Assembly: GCA_945863035.1 (NCBI GenBank)
Contig: CAMAZH010000005.1
Coordinates: forward strand, 6,655-70,654
Origin: Chitinophaga pinensis
GTDB lineage: Bacteria > Bacteroidota > Bacteroidia > Bacteroidales > GCA-2748055
Direction of reading: 5' to 3'
DNA length: 64,000 bases
This document shows positions 37,906-47,542 of this stretch, piece after piece (the first letter of the stretch is position 1; every line of letters begins with the position of its first letter). Both the position numbers and the translations under genes were made by a program. The notes beneath the pieces were generated by a model. It made no database searches, was not told the DNA's origin, and saw only the letters and a program-made list of their open reading frames with translations.

Positions 37906-39141
37906 TTACTCAAATATTCCGGGTGTTGGAAAGGGGATGATTTCGAAATCCTCGCTGCTGTTATTAAAGTCCTGCAATATTACCCGTCCATCTATCTTAT
38001 CCTCAACTTTCCGCCTGCAACTTTGACCGTTGAAAATCCCTGTGCAATATTGGAAGCCTGCATCCAGAGAAACCGGGAGCCGTTTGTATTTTCCCGAGCG
38101 CGGATAGGCCAGAGCTTCAAATCCATCGAGGACCCAGGATGAGGGAATCAGCATCACCTCATGCCCCAGTTCATCTGAAGGTTCAGGTACGATATTGGCG
38201 TTTTCAATGTTATCGGTCCGGAAGATCACAAGGCTCGGTCCATAGCTGTGAAGAATCCAGTCGTGTGTGCCATTTCGGTTGAAAAATACTTCAATCATAT
38301 TTGGGACTTCGAGGATATCCACATCCTTTTGATTTTCGGGACGGTATATGTAAGTCTCCAGCTCAGCCGATGTCAGGTCGATACTGTTTGGGTTGCCATT
38401 GGGGTCATCCCTGTGGTTCATCCCGTCCTGGGCAATAATCATGCTGGCACCGGGCAAAATTGGCCAGGAACCGCCGTTTCCCGGCACTCTCCAAACAAAC
38501 TCCAAGGCAACCGAATCGCTCAGATGTTGAAACTCCGAAACTTGTCCGTCGGTACTTCCATTGGATCCAAAACAGTTGGCAATGTAGAGTTTGTCGGCAA
38601 AGATCACTTTATCGGTATTATTGAAAATCTCCACAAAGTGGTCCGACCAGTAGGCTCTACCGTTAGGCGTGGTTGTACCTGTATAAAAGACTTCTTTTAT
38701 AAGCAGGGTGCCGGGAATGGAAGACCTGAGGATAAGCGGTTCCACATTTATGAAATCGCTGATAAAGATATCCTGGCGGTTTGCGTTTAGATTTATAAGT
38801 TTCCCATCGGCAATATCCTGACTTGAAGGAATTGTATCACCCAAAGCCACTGCAAGGGAGGAAGGTATTTTAAGATTTGCTGAAATCCGGTAGGTTCCTC
38901 TGAGCACATCCGTAAATAATACCTGGCCCTGGTCGTTGGAAAAGGCTTCCTCAGTAAGCGAGTTTGACTGATTGATCAGTTTGACGGAAACGCCCGCGGC
39001 CATATCCTCGGTGTAATAAGCAGGGTATTTTATGGTAACGCCCAAGGAATAGGTTTTAGGCTCCTCCCCAAAAAACTCCCTGTCGCAACCGGTTAACAGA
39101 AGCAATAAGCCGATAATCCATATGATTTCTGGTTTCAGCAT
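37906..39141 (-). CDS. Surface/periplasmic lipoprotein: transthyretin-like N-domain + lamin-tail-domain-like module (DUF4876-like)
   Basis: The lipobox is LLLLTGCDREF. GVSVKLINQSNS...QGQVLFTDVLRGTYRISA is CarboxypepD_reg-like. LLIKEVFYTG...DHFVEIFNNTDKVIFADKLYI is LTD-like. It lies 3 nt downstream of the TonB-dependent receptor gene. Confidence 0.45.
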   Translation of the reverse strand: MLKPEIIWIIGLLLLLTGCDREFFGEEPKTYSLGVTIKYPAYYTEDMAAGVSVKLINQSNSLTEEAFSNDQGQVLFTDVLRGTYRISANLKIPSSLAVALGDTIPSSQDIADGKLINLNANRQDIFISDFINVEPLILRSSIPGTLLIKEVFYTGTTTPNGRAYWSDHFVEIFNNTDKVIFADKLYIANCFGSNGSTDGQVSEFQHLSDSVALEFVWRVPGNGGSWPILPGASMIIAQDGMNHRDDPNGNPNSIDLTSAELETYIYRPENQKDVDILEVPNMIEVFFNRNGTHDWILHSYGPSLVIFRTDNIENANIVPEPSDELGHEVMLIPSSWVLDGFEALAYPRSGKYKRLPVSLDAGFQYCTGIFNGQSCRRKVEDKIDGRVILQDFNNSSEDFEIIPFPTPGIFE

Positions 39142-39144
39142 ATT

Positions 39145-41859
39145 TTAAAAGGATATATTTATTTCCCCGCCAAACGAAAGAGCCGGATTTTGTTTATCAT
39201 AAGTTCCGGATCTGATATTAGCATATGCCGGGTGGTGCATGAACATATTGTTTGCGTAGAATGAGAATTTGAAATTATCAGCAATTTCCTTGGTTACCCT
39301 GAAGTTCATATTCCACAGTGCCGGCTTTTTCTGCACATAAAACACAGTTTCGTCGAGGTTCCAGAAGAGGGGCGAAAACTCCGCCGAATGAGACTGGGCT
39401 TCGGTAAGAGCAAAGGTGTGCCCGGCATCGTCTACATATCCCACAGGATATTGGTTTCTTATAAATGTCCGATCCTGCTCAAACCAGGAAACCTGAAATG
39501 CAAAAGAAGCCAAAAATCGGATCGACGGAATGTGTTGAATTACCCTGAAGGTGGTGAGAAAATTTCTGGATTCATAGGTATTAGAGGGATATATCCCGAT
39601 CATGCGCTCCGTGTTTCCGCTAAAAAACTGGCTGTTCAGGTAAATCTGGTTGGAATTGTCGTATGAAGTGTTTACCATCCATGCTCCCGTTAGATTCAGG
39701 GAGGTTCCGGTGAGTGGGATTTTTGGGGAGTTATAGGTAAACTCCAATCCGCGTCGGGTATACGACCTGTTATTCTGGGGGATTTTATATGTGCTTCGGG
39801 CTACAAGAGTATCAACGTTTATGGTGTCGAGCATAGGCTGCATACCAAATCCCGGGATATAAAAGAAAACGGAATACGAAGGGTAACTGACGGAAGCCAG
39901 AATATCTTTGAAACTATATCCGCTTTCAAGTTTCTCGTCGTACAGGGTGACGCTGAGATTGTTTTGCTTTTTCTCGAAATCAAAGCCGACCTCCCACTTT
40001 TTCATCACCGACATTCCAAGATTGCTATTCTGCTGTTGGAAAACCCGGGTTGTAACGATTGCCAGATTTTCATCCGGGTATAGGTTGGAGTATTGCTGGA
40101 AACTGGAAACATCCATATAGGCATTATCGGGGTAAAGATAAATCAAGGCCGGCGATTTTGCCGACAATCCATAACCTCCCCTGATTTTTATAGCATCCGA
40201 AAGTTTATACGTGACATTCGTCCTGGGTAGTAAAACCTGTCCGAATTCACCTTCCGAGAGGCTTAAAGGCTGTGTGTTTTCAAAGCGCACACCCAACTGC
40301 ACTTTCAGTTCGCGCTTCGCAAGTTGCGTCACAACCAGGTCCTCGATATAGGATGCCAAAATATTGAGTTCGGGGATATCCGAAAACGCTCTTGGACGGG
40401 TCGAGGAGGGTGGAAAATAGCCATTTTCGAAAAAACGTCCTTCACCGTAGTTGGCTGAGATTTTCCATTCAGCACCGGCAATCAGCTTATGTTTTAGAGG
40501 TCCGGTTTGCTTAATCAGGTTATAGTTCAATTCGCTGAAAAAATTAAATGGCTTTCCTTTGATATAGGTAGAGCTAAGGTACTCCGAAGGGATGAATGGA
40601 ACCTCGAGGGTTGTATCGTTCATTGCCACGCTGAGGAATTTCACGGATCCGGAGTTGAGCATCCGGGTGTACGATTCCTGATCTTCGTAGTTTACAGAGA
40701 CATTGTAATCCAGATTACTGATCCATTTTTTATTAAGGTTTAGCTTGCCGGAGGTTGTGATTCGGATACCATTTTCTTCTGAGAATCGTTTCTCGTTGCT
40801 CAGTGCGTCCTTATCGTCGCGATCGGTATCGAATGTCCGGAACAAATCCATGGAAGCTTTCACATTCCAAAAGTTACCAAACAAACTGTTTGAATACGAC
40901 ATTTTACCCGTTGCCCGTGTATAGGACGGTACAGGCACTCTCAGGTCGGCCTGGGCATAAGCATAATCGATATCTGCATTCAGCATTCCACCCGACTCGC
41001 CAAGTCTCACTCCTTTACCAAGGTAAGCCACTGCAGTAGTTGCGTTGAATTTCACTTTTGCCGTTGCAGGCATTTCTCCATTTTTTGTATTAACAAGCAC
41101 TACCCCGCTGGTCATGTCGCCATGCTTCACAGAAGGTATTCCTTTGATTACTTCAACCGACTCGATGTTATCGGCCGGAATACGGCGCAAATCGACTCCC
41201 CCACCACTAACCGTCTCGAAATAACCGGCAGCGCCAATGGTTGATGTATTGGTTACCTGGAGGTTTGCATTGTTTGAGAGCGGCGCCCCATCGATCACAA
41301 TCGACGTTCCCATGGCACTTATGTTGTTGTCGGCATTTGAAGCAGAACTGCCTCGCAAATTAGCCTGGGAACTACTGGTAAGATCACTGTTTCCCGCTGT
41401 CTGTCCGGGCATAAGCTGAAGCACATCGCTAAGACTTGTAGCCTGTACGTGTTCAACCGCCTGCGCACCGATCATGGACGAAGATGCCATGGAGTTCTGG
41501 TTTTCGCGTGCAACGATTGTAACATCACCAAGACCAAGGGTGGTGATTTTCAGGGAAACGTCAAATTGCTTTTCTTTTCCTGCTTCAACATCCACCATGC
41601 GTTCTGCCGACTGGTACGACATCATCTGAAAACGTGCAGTATAACGGCCTGCGGAAAGTCCGGGAATCCGGTAAAAACCATTAACATCAGCCATAATGCC
41701 AATCTCAGGCTCTATTAGATACACGGTTGCAAAAGGTAAACCCTCACCGGTTTGCGCATCTGATATTTTACCAAAGAGAACAGCCCCTCCCTGAGCAGTT
41801 GCCTGTAAGCAAAACAGCAGAAGGATGAACTGAACAATTATGGTTTTTATCAAATTCAT
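39145..41859 (-). CDS. TonB-dependent outer-membrane receptor (CarboxypepD_reg + plug + 22-strand barrel)
   Basis: 904 aa with a signal peptide. The regulatory-like region is GKISDAQTGEGLPFATVYL...GFYRIPGLSAGRYTARF. The plug is IESVEVIKGIPSVKHGDMTSGVVLVNTK. The C-terminus ends ...GGEINISF. Confidence 0.85.
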   Translation of the reverse strand: MNLIKTIIVQFILLLFCLQATAQGGAVLFGKISDAQTGEGLPFATVYLIEPEIGIMADVNGFYRIPGLSAGRYTARFQMMSYQSAERMVDVEAGKEKQFDVSLKITTLGLGDVTIVARENQNSMASSSMIGAQAVEHVQATSLSDVLQLMPGQTAGNSDLTSSSQANLRGSSASNADNNISAMGTSIVIDGAPLSNNANLQVTNTSTIGAAGYFETVSGGGVDLRRIPADNIESVEVIKGIPSVKHGDMTSGVVLVNTKNGEMPATAKVKFNATTAVAYLGKGVRLGESGGMLNADIDYAYAQADLRVPVPSYTRATGKMSYSNSLFGNFWNVKASMDLFRTFDTDRDDKDALSNEKRFSEENGIRITTSGKLNLNKKWISNLDYNVSVNYEDQESYTRMLNSGSVKFLSVAMNDTTLEVPFIPSEYLSSTYIKGKPFNFFSELNYNLIKQTGPLKHKLIAGAEWKISANYGEGRFFENGYFPPSSTRPRAFSDIPELNILASYIEDLVVTQLAKRELKVQLGVRFENTQPLSLSEGEFGQVLLPRTNVTYKLSDAIKIRGGYGLSAKSPALIYLYPDNAYMDVSSFQQYSNLYPDENLAIVTTRVFQQQNSNLGMSVMKKWEVGFDFEKKQNNLSVTLYDEKLESGYSFKDILASVSYPSYSVFFYIPGFGMQPMLDTINVDTLVARSTYKIPQNNRSYTRRGLEFTYNSPKIPLTGTSLNLTGAWMVNTSYDNSNQIYLNSQFFSGNTERMIGIYPSNTYESRNFLTTFRVIQHIPSIRFLASFAFQVSWFEQDRTFIRNQYPVGYVDDAGHTFALTEAQSHSAEFSPLFWNLDETVFYVQKKPALWNMNFRVTKEIADNFKFSFYANNMFMHHPAYANIRSGTYDKQNPALSFGGEINISF

Positions 41860-41944
41860 CGGATCGGTCTGAAGAGGATAGTGTTAAGGGAATAAAAAAG
41901 TTGGACCAGGACAAAACATTCTTTGCCCCGGTCCGATTTCATAC

Positions 41945-44900
41945 TTAATAGACGATTAGTTTGGTTAATCCTGTCTTCCCGTTCAGATCGGTGAGTTTCA
42001 CCTGATAAATTCCTTTGGAGAGGTTTAATTCAACCGGGATTCCCGTTCCACTGTAATCAATCTGACGACTCAGTACAACTTTGCCATCGAGCGAAATCGC
42101 CTCAAATGTCATTTTCCCTTTAGCCATGTTTGATGGATTAACTTTTACAGTACTTCCATCCGAGGGATTTGGGTATACTCCGATCAGGGAAAGTTTGCCA
42201 TGACCCACAGCGGTAGCATCCAAAACTGTAACATCGAAGCTGCAGGTAACGAAATTTCCGGCCTCATCGGTTGCTGTATAGATTACGGTTACGGTTCCCG
42301 GTGAAAACAATTCACCCGACTCGTTGGTCGAGATCAGGGTCACAATGCCGGAGTTATCTGTAGCTGTTGGGGCAGTCCAGGTAACTGCAACAGATGCTCC
42401 ATCGCCTGAGTACAATGTGATATTTGCCGGACAAGCGGAGATAACCGGATTAGTGAGATCGCGCAGGTCCACAACCGTAACATCAAAGCTGCAGGTAACG
42501 TCATTTCCAGCCTCGTCGGTTGCAGTATAAACCACGGTGTTTTTTCCGGGAGCAAAAAGTTCACCGGGCTCATTGGTAGTCGTAAGTGTAACCACACCGG
42601 AGTTGTCGGTCGCTGTTGGGGCTGTCCATGAAGCTGCAACGGTTGTTCCTGAGGTAAGGTCAAGTGAAATATTTTCGGGACATCCCTCAATAACAGGGTC
42701 AATCAGATCATCAATATTCAAAAGTTGTGTATTAACGACCGTTTTGCAGAAGTTGGAAGCCGCTAGAGAAACTTCATACTGGCCATAACTTGTGTAGGTA
42801 TGTTCCGGCTCAAACTCCGTCGATGTTGATCCGTCCCCAAAGCTCCATATCTGGCTGTCAGCGTTTGAAAGGTTTTCCACAGTAAGTTTTTTGTCGTCAA
42901 TGCTGCTTGTCCAATCTGCATTGAGAGGAAGGAAATTATCGATATACGCGTGATAAACCTTGCCTCCCGCACCCGAGGCCAGAACTTCCCGGTTAAAAAC
43001 GGCGAGTTCAAAGAAGGATCCAAGGCCTGCAGCATTAAGCTCCCAGGTATTTCCTCCATCAACCGATACTTTAAGGGTTTGCTGATCTTTTCCGGTTAGA
43101 AAAACGCCCTCGGCAAGACTAACAACGTCGAAAGAGTAATCGGTAGGATTCACTGTCCATGTCGAAAATCCGTCGGTTGTTTTAGCGGTACCATACTGAG
43201 TGGCGGCTATTAGATTCAAATTGTCAATCATAATCAGATCGTTAATCGAGCCTAAAGCATCAACGGCGAGTTTCGTCCAGCTGGCTCCTCCATCGACAGT
43301 TCTCCACAAGAGTTTTACGCCTGCCAGGTAACCTGTCATCCCATCGGCTGAGAATGCAAGGGTATTAAGGGTTGAAGAAAAGGTAGGAGCATAAATGTCA
43401 TCGCTGATAATTGTCCAGCTTGCACCGCTATCCACAGTTTTATAAACATAACCATGTTTAGTGGTAGTTAAGGCTTCCTCCCAACGGATAGCTGTGAATG
43501 CCGTGGTGGAATTGATTGCGGTAACCGGGTAGAAATATATTTTCTTTCCCAGGGAAACATCGGTAACATCGCTTCCGCTGGCGTTTGAGAAAGCGGAAAT
43601 CGGAACTAGCGTCCAGCTGGCACCGGCATCTGCGGTTTTCAGCATAAAGCCTTCCTCAATCGTTTTCCCGGCTGCATATGAAAAGTTGGCAAGGCCGTTC
43701 TGAGCATCAAAGAATGAGAGGTCAGTGGCGATGTGGCCAATATAATCAGCAGAGGGCAAAGCTGCAGGCAGCCAGTTTTCCCCACCGTTGTTTGTATAAA
43801 AAATTGCGGTGTTATTCCCGACAATTACAGCGGCTGTGTCTTTCTTTACAACAACGAGTTTCTGAACCGTTTGGTCACCGATAGTATGCAATGCCCAGGG
43901 AGTTGCAATTGTATCGACAACTACGGTTGTAATCTCTGAGTTTACTTCGCCGAGAGTGTTAATCCCCTTTAGTGAAATATCGTACTCACCATAAATTGGA
44001 ATATTATAAGTTGTAAGATCGCCTGCAATTTGTTTGGCTCCGATTGTCCAGGTGTAGGTACCGATATTCTCTGAAAGGTTTACAAAATTGAGAACGTTAC
44101 CCAGCTGTTCAACGGTAAAGTCGACCTTTGGATCAAGAAGTTGTTCAGGAGTAGTTACATAGGCAATCCCAGATGATGCCAAAGCATAGATCTTGTTGTT
44201 AAACAAGGTAGCTTCGAACAAGGTTCCTGCGCCATTTGCGGCAACCTGCCAGCTTGCGCCCCGGTCGAGGCTCCTGTAAGTTTTATTGGCTCCACCGGCT
44301 GCAAGAAACACGGTATCCTGGCAAATCAGGAAGTCATTGGCTCCATCGGTGGTAAGTTGGCTCATTGTAAGGAAACCATCCCTCGTAACCCAAACCCCAG
44401 CCAGTGTAGCAAGGTAAACCGAATCTTTATTCACCACATGAATATCATTGATATATTTGGTATCCAAAAGGGTTCCGGCCGTGCTCATTTTGGTCCAGGA
44501 AGCACCCCCGTCAACCGTTTTGAGAATAAGGGAGTTGGATCCCACGATATAACCGGTAAGCTCATCGCTGGCAAATTCAACAGCAGTGATTGTTTTTGTA
44601 GCGCCGGCAGCAAAGTCAGCAGAAACGACAGACCATGTGAGACCTGCGTCGGCAGATTTCAAAACGAACGAGCGATAAGTCGTTGTTCCGATTTTGTAAT
44701 TTATGGTTGTAAAGCAGGTGGTTGCGTTGCTAAAGCCCAGCCCGAAAAATTTCTGTGTGTTACCCGTTGTTGGATCATCGGGAGTACCAATCAGATCGGT
44801 AACAACCTGCGGCATATTGATTCTTGTCCAGCTGTCACCCTGATCGGTGGTTCTGAGCAGAAAAGAATCCTGTGGCACAACCAGGCCTGTATTCAAATCG

Positions 44901-45148
44901 CCAAAATCGATACTCATCAGGTTTTTGAGAGGAACACTTTCGGGGGAAACGTCAGTCCATGTCTGCCCCGAATTCACAGTCTTATAAATCAGCGAATTAC
45001 CGAATGTGGCCAATGCCTTTGCATCATCGAAAACATATATTTTCTGGCCTGTGCTGCCAGATCCCATATCTGTCGATACCCACTGCCCCATGAGGAGAGT
45101 TGGAAGGATTACTAAAAACAAGCCTAGAAGAGTCAGGTTCTTTTTCAT
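41945..45148 (-). CDS. Large secreted protein: two Asp-box (BNR/sortilin/GH74-like) beta-propellers, two PKD-like domains, two HYR domains, T9SS CTD
   Basis: 1067 aa with about 11 Asp-box motifs (SGQTWTDV, DQGDSWTRI, DAGLTWSVV, DGGASWTKM x2, DRGASWQVA, NGGENWLPA, DAGASWTLV, DSGASWTII, DGGNTWEL). The PKD motif is WSFGDGSTS...HTYTSYGQYEV. There are two HYR repeats (WTAPTATDNSG.VTL..TNE.GELF.PG..TV.YTATDEAGN.VTCSFDVTV). The CTD is VYPNPSDGSTVKV...GIYQVKLTD...KLIVY. Confidence 0.75.
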   Translation of the reverse strand: MKKNLTLLGLFLVILPTLLMGQWVSTDMGSGSTGQKIYVFDDAKALATFGNSLIYKTVNSGQTWTDVSPESVPLKNLMSIDFGDLNTGLVVPQDSFLLRTTDQGDSWTRINMPQVVTDLIGTPDDPTTGNTQKFFGLGFSNATTCFTTINYKIGTTTYRSFVLKSADAGLTWSVVSADFAAGATKTITAVEFASDELTGYIVGSNSLILKTVDGGASWTKMSTAGTLLDTKYINDIHVVNKDSVYLATLAGVWVTRDGFLTMSQLTTDGANDFLICQDTVFLAAGGANKTYRSLDRGASWQVAANGAGTLFEATLFNNKIYALASSGIAYVTTPEQLLDPKVDFTVEQLGNVLNFVNLSENIGTYTWTIGAKQIAGDLTTYNIPIYGEYDISLKGINTLGEVNSEITTVVVDTIATPWALHTIGDQTVQKLVVVKKDTAAVIVGNNTAIFYTNNGGENWLPAALPSADYIGHIATDLSFFDAQNGLANFSYAAGKTIEEGFMLKTADAGASWTLVPISAFSNASGSDVTDVSLGKKIYFYPVTAINSTTAFTAIRWEEALTTTKHGYVYKTVDSGASWTIISDDIYAPTFSSTLNTLAFSADGMTGYLAGVKLLWRTVDGGASWTKLAVDALGSINDLIMIDNLNLIAATQYGTAKTTDGFSTWTVNPTDYSFDVVSLAEGVFLTGKDQQTLKVSVDGGNTWELNAAGLGSFFELAVFNREVLASGAGGKVYHAYIDNFLPLNADWTSSIDDKKLTVENLSNADSQIWSFGDGSTSTEFEPEHTYTSYGQYEVSLAASNFCKTVVNTQLLNIDDLIDPVIEGCPENISLDLTSGTTVAASWTAPTATDNSGVVTLTTTNEPGELFAPGKNTVVYTATDEAGNDVTCSFDVTVVDLRDLTNPVISACPANITLYSGDGASVAVTWTAPTATDNSGIVTLISTNESGELFSPGTVTVIYTATDEAGNFVTCSFDVTVLDATAVGHGKLSLIGVYPNPSDGSTVKVNPSNMAKGKMTFEAISLDGKVVLSRQIDYSGTGIPVELNLSKGIYQVKLTDLNGKTGLTKLIVY
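42228..42726 (-). repeat. Intragenic tandem duplication (2 x ~249 bp) encoding the two HYR domains
   Basis: GTAACATCGAAGCTGCAGGTAAC at ~42228 recurs as GTAACATCAAAGCTGCAGGTAAC at ~42477. The two 83-aa units are clearly homologous at both the DNA and protein level. Confidence 0.8.
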
Positions 45149-45199
45149 AATGATCGTATTTGGTTAATTAAACTTCAAATTTCAATAATCAAGCATTGG

Positions 45200-47119
45200 T
45201 TAATCTTCTTTAAAAACGAAGGGGTTTGCTTTCGCACCTTCAGTTCCATCTCTGTATGTATAGTAGAGAGAGTCGGAATTCATTTGCTCCAGCACTTTCA
45301 CTTTCTGAATCAGGGAATCGAGGTACGCAATTTCCACCCATTCCGCGCCAGTATCATCCAGAGAGGTGGATAGGGCTAGTATTCCGTCTTCGCCAGAAAT
45401 ATGGCTGATGAGGTAATTAAGCTCGTTCTTGAACTTGCTGTTTTCTCCCATGTGAACTTTGAAAGTACTTATCTGTTCCGACTTGTAACTTGTGTATTTA
45501 TTGAACCGGGCTTGTGTTGGGACATACATTTCCTTTCCATAAACGTCTATCTGCAAGGTATCGGTATTTGGACCGGTAATCACTTCATAGTTCAGATTTA
45601 CATTATACTCGTTTTCATTTATTGTGTACGAAAGGGTTTTACTCTCAAGAACCGTTACCAGCTCAGAAAGGTCCAGGATTGTATCCCCCGGGAAATAAAT
45701 AGAGACCAATACCGGGCAGCTGTATTCGGTTTGAAGCGCAACCGCGTTCGTGTATTTCAGGAGCAGTTGCTGGAGGTAGTATGCATCCATGGGATCGAAG
45801 AAGTTTTCGAGACTAACATTGACTTTAAGGATTTCGCCCACTTCTCGTTTCACCGGTTTGAAGATCTTTTTAACCGGAGTGAAAATGATTTTCTGGAGCA
45901 TCGAATCGTTAAGCATGGCAGGGTTGTACCAAACTTTCACCTCGTGGCGTTTCACATAGGTGGCAACTCCATAAACGCCCTTCACTTTTTGCATCTGAGC
46001 GGAGAAAGCTGCCGAACTGCCAAAACATTTAATATTTTTCAAGCCTGACTGGGAAAAGACGGCAGACTGTTCGATTTCCTCGGGGGTTCCCCATTTCTCG
46101 TCGATGGTTGGGATTTCCCAAACCGACTTCAGGGAGAAACCGATAATGAGGAGCACGGCAAGAACTGCTGCGGGAAGCCAGTTCCAACTTTTGCGATTGA
46201 TTTGCAGGGTGTTTTTTTCAGGGCAATGTGTGAGGCAATCCCCGCAAAGATTACAGTCGATGTGAGTAACTTTCACCATATTGGCCACATCGATTCCCTG
46301 AGGACATTTCTTGCTGCAGATATTACAGTTGATACAACTATCGAGCGAACGTGTAATGTTTACAGGAGAGAGAGCCACCTTCTTCATTTTCCAAATTTCC
46401 AGGATATAACCTCCTACTGAAACAACTCCCAATGGCCAGATCCAGTGAATATTCAGATCGAATGCCAGAAGAAGCGCGAAAATCCCTATTACTGCAAGAA
46501 AAAACCAGAAAAACCTGAATATGTTTGAAATGGCACCCAGGGGGCAAAGATATTTACACCACAAAAGCCGGACAAAAAGGCTGCCGACCAATAAAATGGT
46601 CAAGGTAAGGATAGCATACAAAACCACCACATCGCTGTTGAAGCCGGAAGCCAGCGCATAATAGGGGTCAAAAGTTTTGCAGAAGAGTTCGCTCGATGTA
46701 AGGGTGAAATAAAACGTAATAAATAGAAGAACATATTTGAGCGATCTGAGCAATTTGTCGGCAAGTCCGGTAATGGTAAACCTGATTTTCAGGCGATCAC
46801 CCAGTTTCCCGATTAATTCGGAAACCGTACCGATCGGACAGATGTATCCGCAAAAAAGTTTTCCGAATAGCATTGCGCCTGCAGCCAGCAAAAGCCCCAT
46901 GATAATTTGGGTGCCCGTCATGGTGCAAGCCAGCGACCCTCTTGAGAGATAGCTCCCCAAAGCTTGCAAACCGCCAAACGGGCAGTAGGCTTCGAAGTCG
47001 GCTGTGAAAGTTTTATCGAAAAACAATCGGATTCCGAGATAGGCCAATATAAATAGAATGCCGAATTGAAAAAGCTGCTTATAAAAATTACTTTTCGGTT
47101 TGCGTTTTTTGGTGGTCAT
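45200..47119 (-). CDS. NapH/MauN/NosH-like membrane polyferredoxin (4Fe-4S binding) with ~300-aa C-terminal extension
   Basis: 639 aa. The TM-embedded CxxCP motifs are FCGYICPIGT and WCKYLCPLGA. The two ferredoxin motifs are CINCNICSKKCP and CNLCGDCLTHCP. One more TM helix follows, then a soluble C-terminal region with no recognisable Cys motifs. Confidence 0.8.
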   Translation of the reverse strand: MTTKKRKPKSNFYKQLFQFGILFILAYLGIRLFFDKTFTADFEAYCPFGGLQALGSYLSRGSLACTMTGTQIIMGLLLAAGAMLFGKLFCGYICPIGTVSELIGKLGDRLKIRFTITGLADKLLRSLKYVLLFITFYFTLTSSELFCKTFDPYYALASGFNSDVVVLYAILTLTILLVGSLFVRLLWCKYLCPLGAISNIFRFFWFFLAVIGIFALLLAFDLNIHWIWPLGVVSVGGYILEIWKMKKVALSPVNITRSLDSCINCNICSKKCPQGIDVANMVKVTHIDCNLCGDCLTHCPEKNTLQINRKSWNWLPAAVLAVLLIIGFSLKSVWEIPTIDEKWGTPEEIEQSAVFSQSGLKNIKCFGSSAAFSAQMQKVKGVYGVATYVKRHEVKVWYNPAMLNDSMLQKIIFTPVKKIFKPVKREVGEILKVNVSLENFFDPMDAYYLQQLLLKYTNAVALQTEYSCPVLVSIYFPGDTILDLSELVTVLESKTLSYTINENEYNVNLNYEVITGPNTDTLQIDVYGKEMYVPTQARFNKYTSYKSEQISTFKVHMGENSKFKNELNYLISHISGEDGILALSTSLDDTGAEWVEIAYLDSLIQKVKVLEQMNSDSLYYTYRDGTEGAKANPFVFKED

Positions 47120-47125
47120 TGGGTT

Positions 47126-47488
47126 TTATTTAGTTGTCATGTATAGATCTTTATCCAGTTCAACACTCAAAAAGTGACTGGATTTGAATTGTTCAATAGT
47201 ATTAGCTTCGACTTTTGGTCGCATATCATAGCCTCGCGATTTAACCTGCATTCCAAGTGTAAGGCCCAATATCAGGCTGATACCGATTACTGAGGCGGCG
47301 CTCAGGAATCTGCTGACGGGAGAGAGTTGAATTGTCTCGTGCGCCTCAACCGACTCGATACGGCTCATTACTCCCGTCACAAAACCCTCACCCGGAGCGA
47401 TTTCCGCAAGAGTATGTATGGTCTGTGATTCAACAAGACGAATAAAATCCGCTTCGCTTATATTTGTTTTCTTTTTCATTTCGGACAC
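47126..47488 (-). CDS. Small single-pass membrane protein (possible anti-sigma factor)
   Basis: 120 aa. It has a soluble N-terminal ~60 aa, one TM helix (AASVIGISLILGLTLG) and a short C-tail. It sits two genes downstream of an ECF sigma. No recognisable motif was seen. Confidence 0.35.
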   Translation of the reverse strand: MSEMKKKTNISEADFIRLVESQTIHTLAEIAPGEGFVTGVMSRIESVEAHETIQLSPVSRFLSAASVIGISLILGLTLGMQVKSRGYDMRPKVEANTIEQFKSSHFLSVELDKDLYMTTK

Positions 47489-47542
47489 TTGTAATTTATA
47501 AAGGACATAAACCGGCGAAAAAACTTGCGCTGCGTAATGAGT

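Noticed and set aside
44357-45115. Long antisense ORFs in the track. These are 44357-45115 (+, 252 aa), 45401-46048 (+, 215 aa), 58073-58735 (+, 220 aa), 27737-28405 (-, 222 aa), 6909-7511 (-, 200 aa), 18052-18675 (-, 207 aa), 22073-22675 (-, 200 aa) and 38248-38790 (+, 180 aa).
   Set aside because: Each lies entirely opposite a gene with strong motif support. Their translations are low-complexity or Cys/Arg/His-rich with no recognisable motifs. They are typical shadow ORFs of the coding frame on the other strand.
31702-47119. Whether the NapH-like polyferredoxin plus ABC ATPase/ABC-2 permease represent a clade II nos (N2O reductase) accessory cluster (nosH/nosF/nosY).
   Set aside because: No nosZ, nosD (periplasmic beta-helix), nosL or cytochrome c gene is present. 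The genes between them (TBDR, lipoprotein, barrel, T9SS cargos) do not belong to nos clusters.
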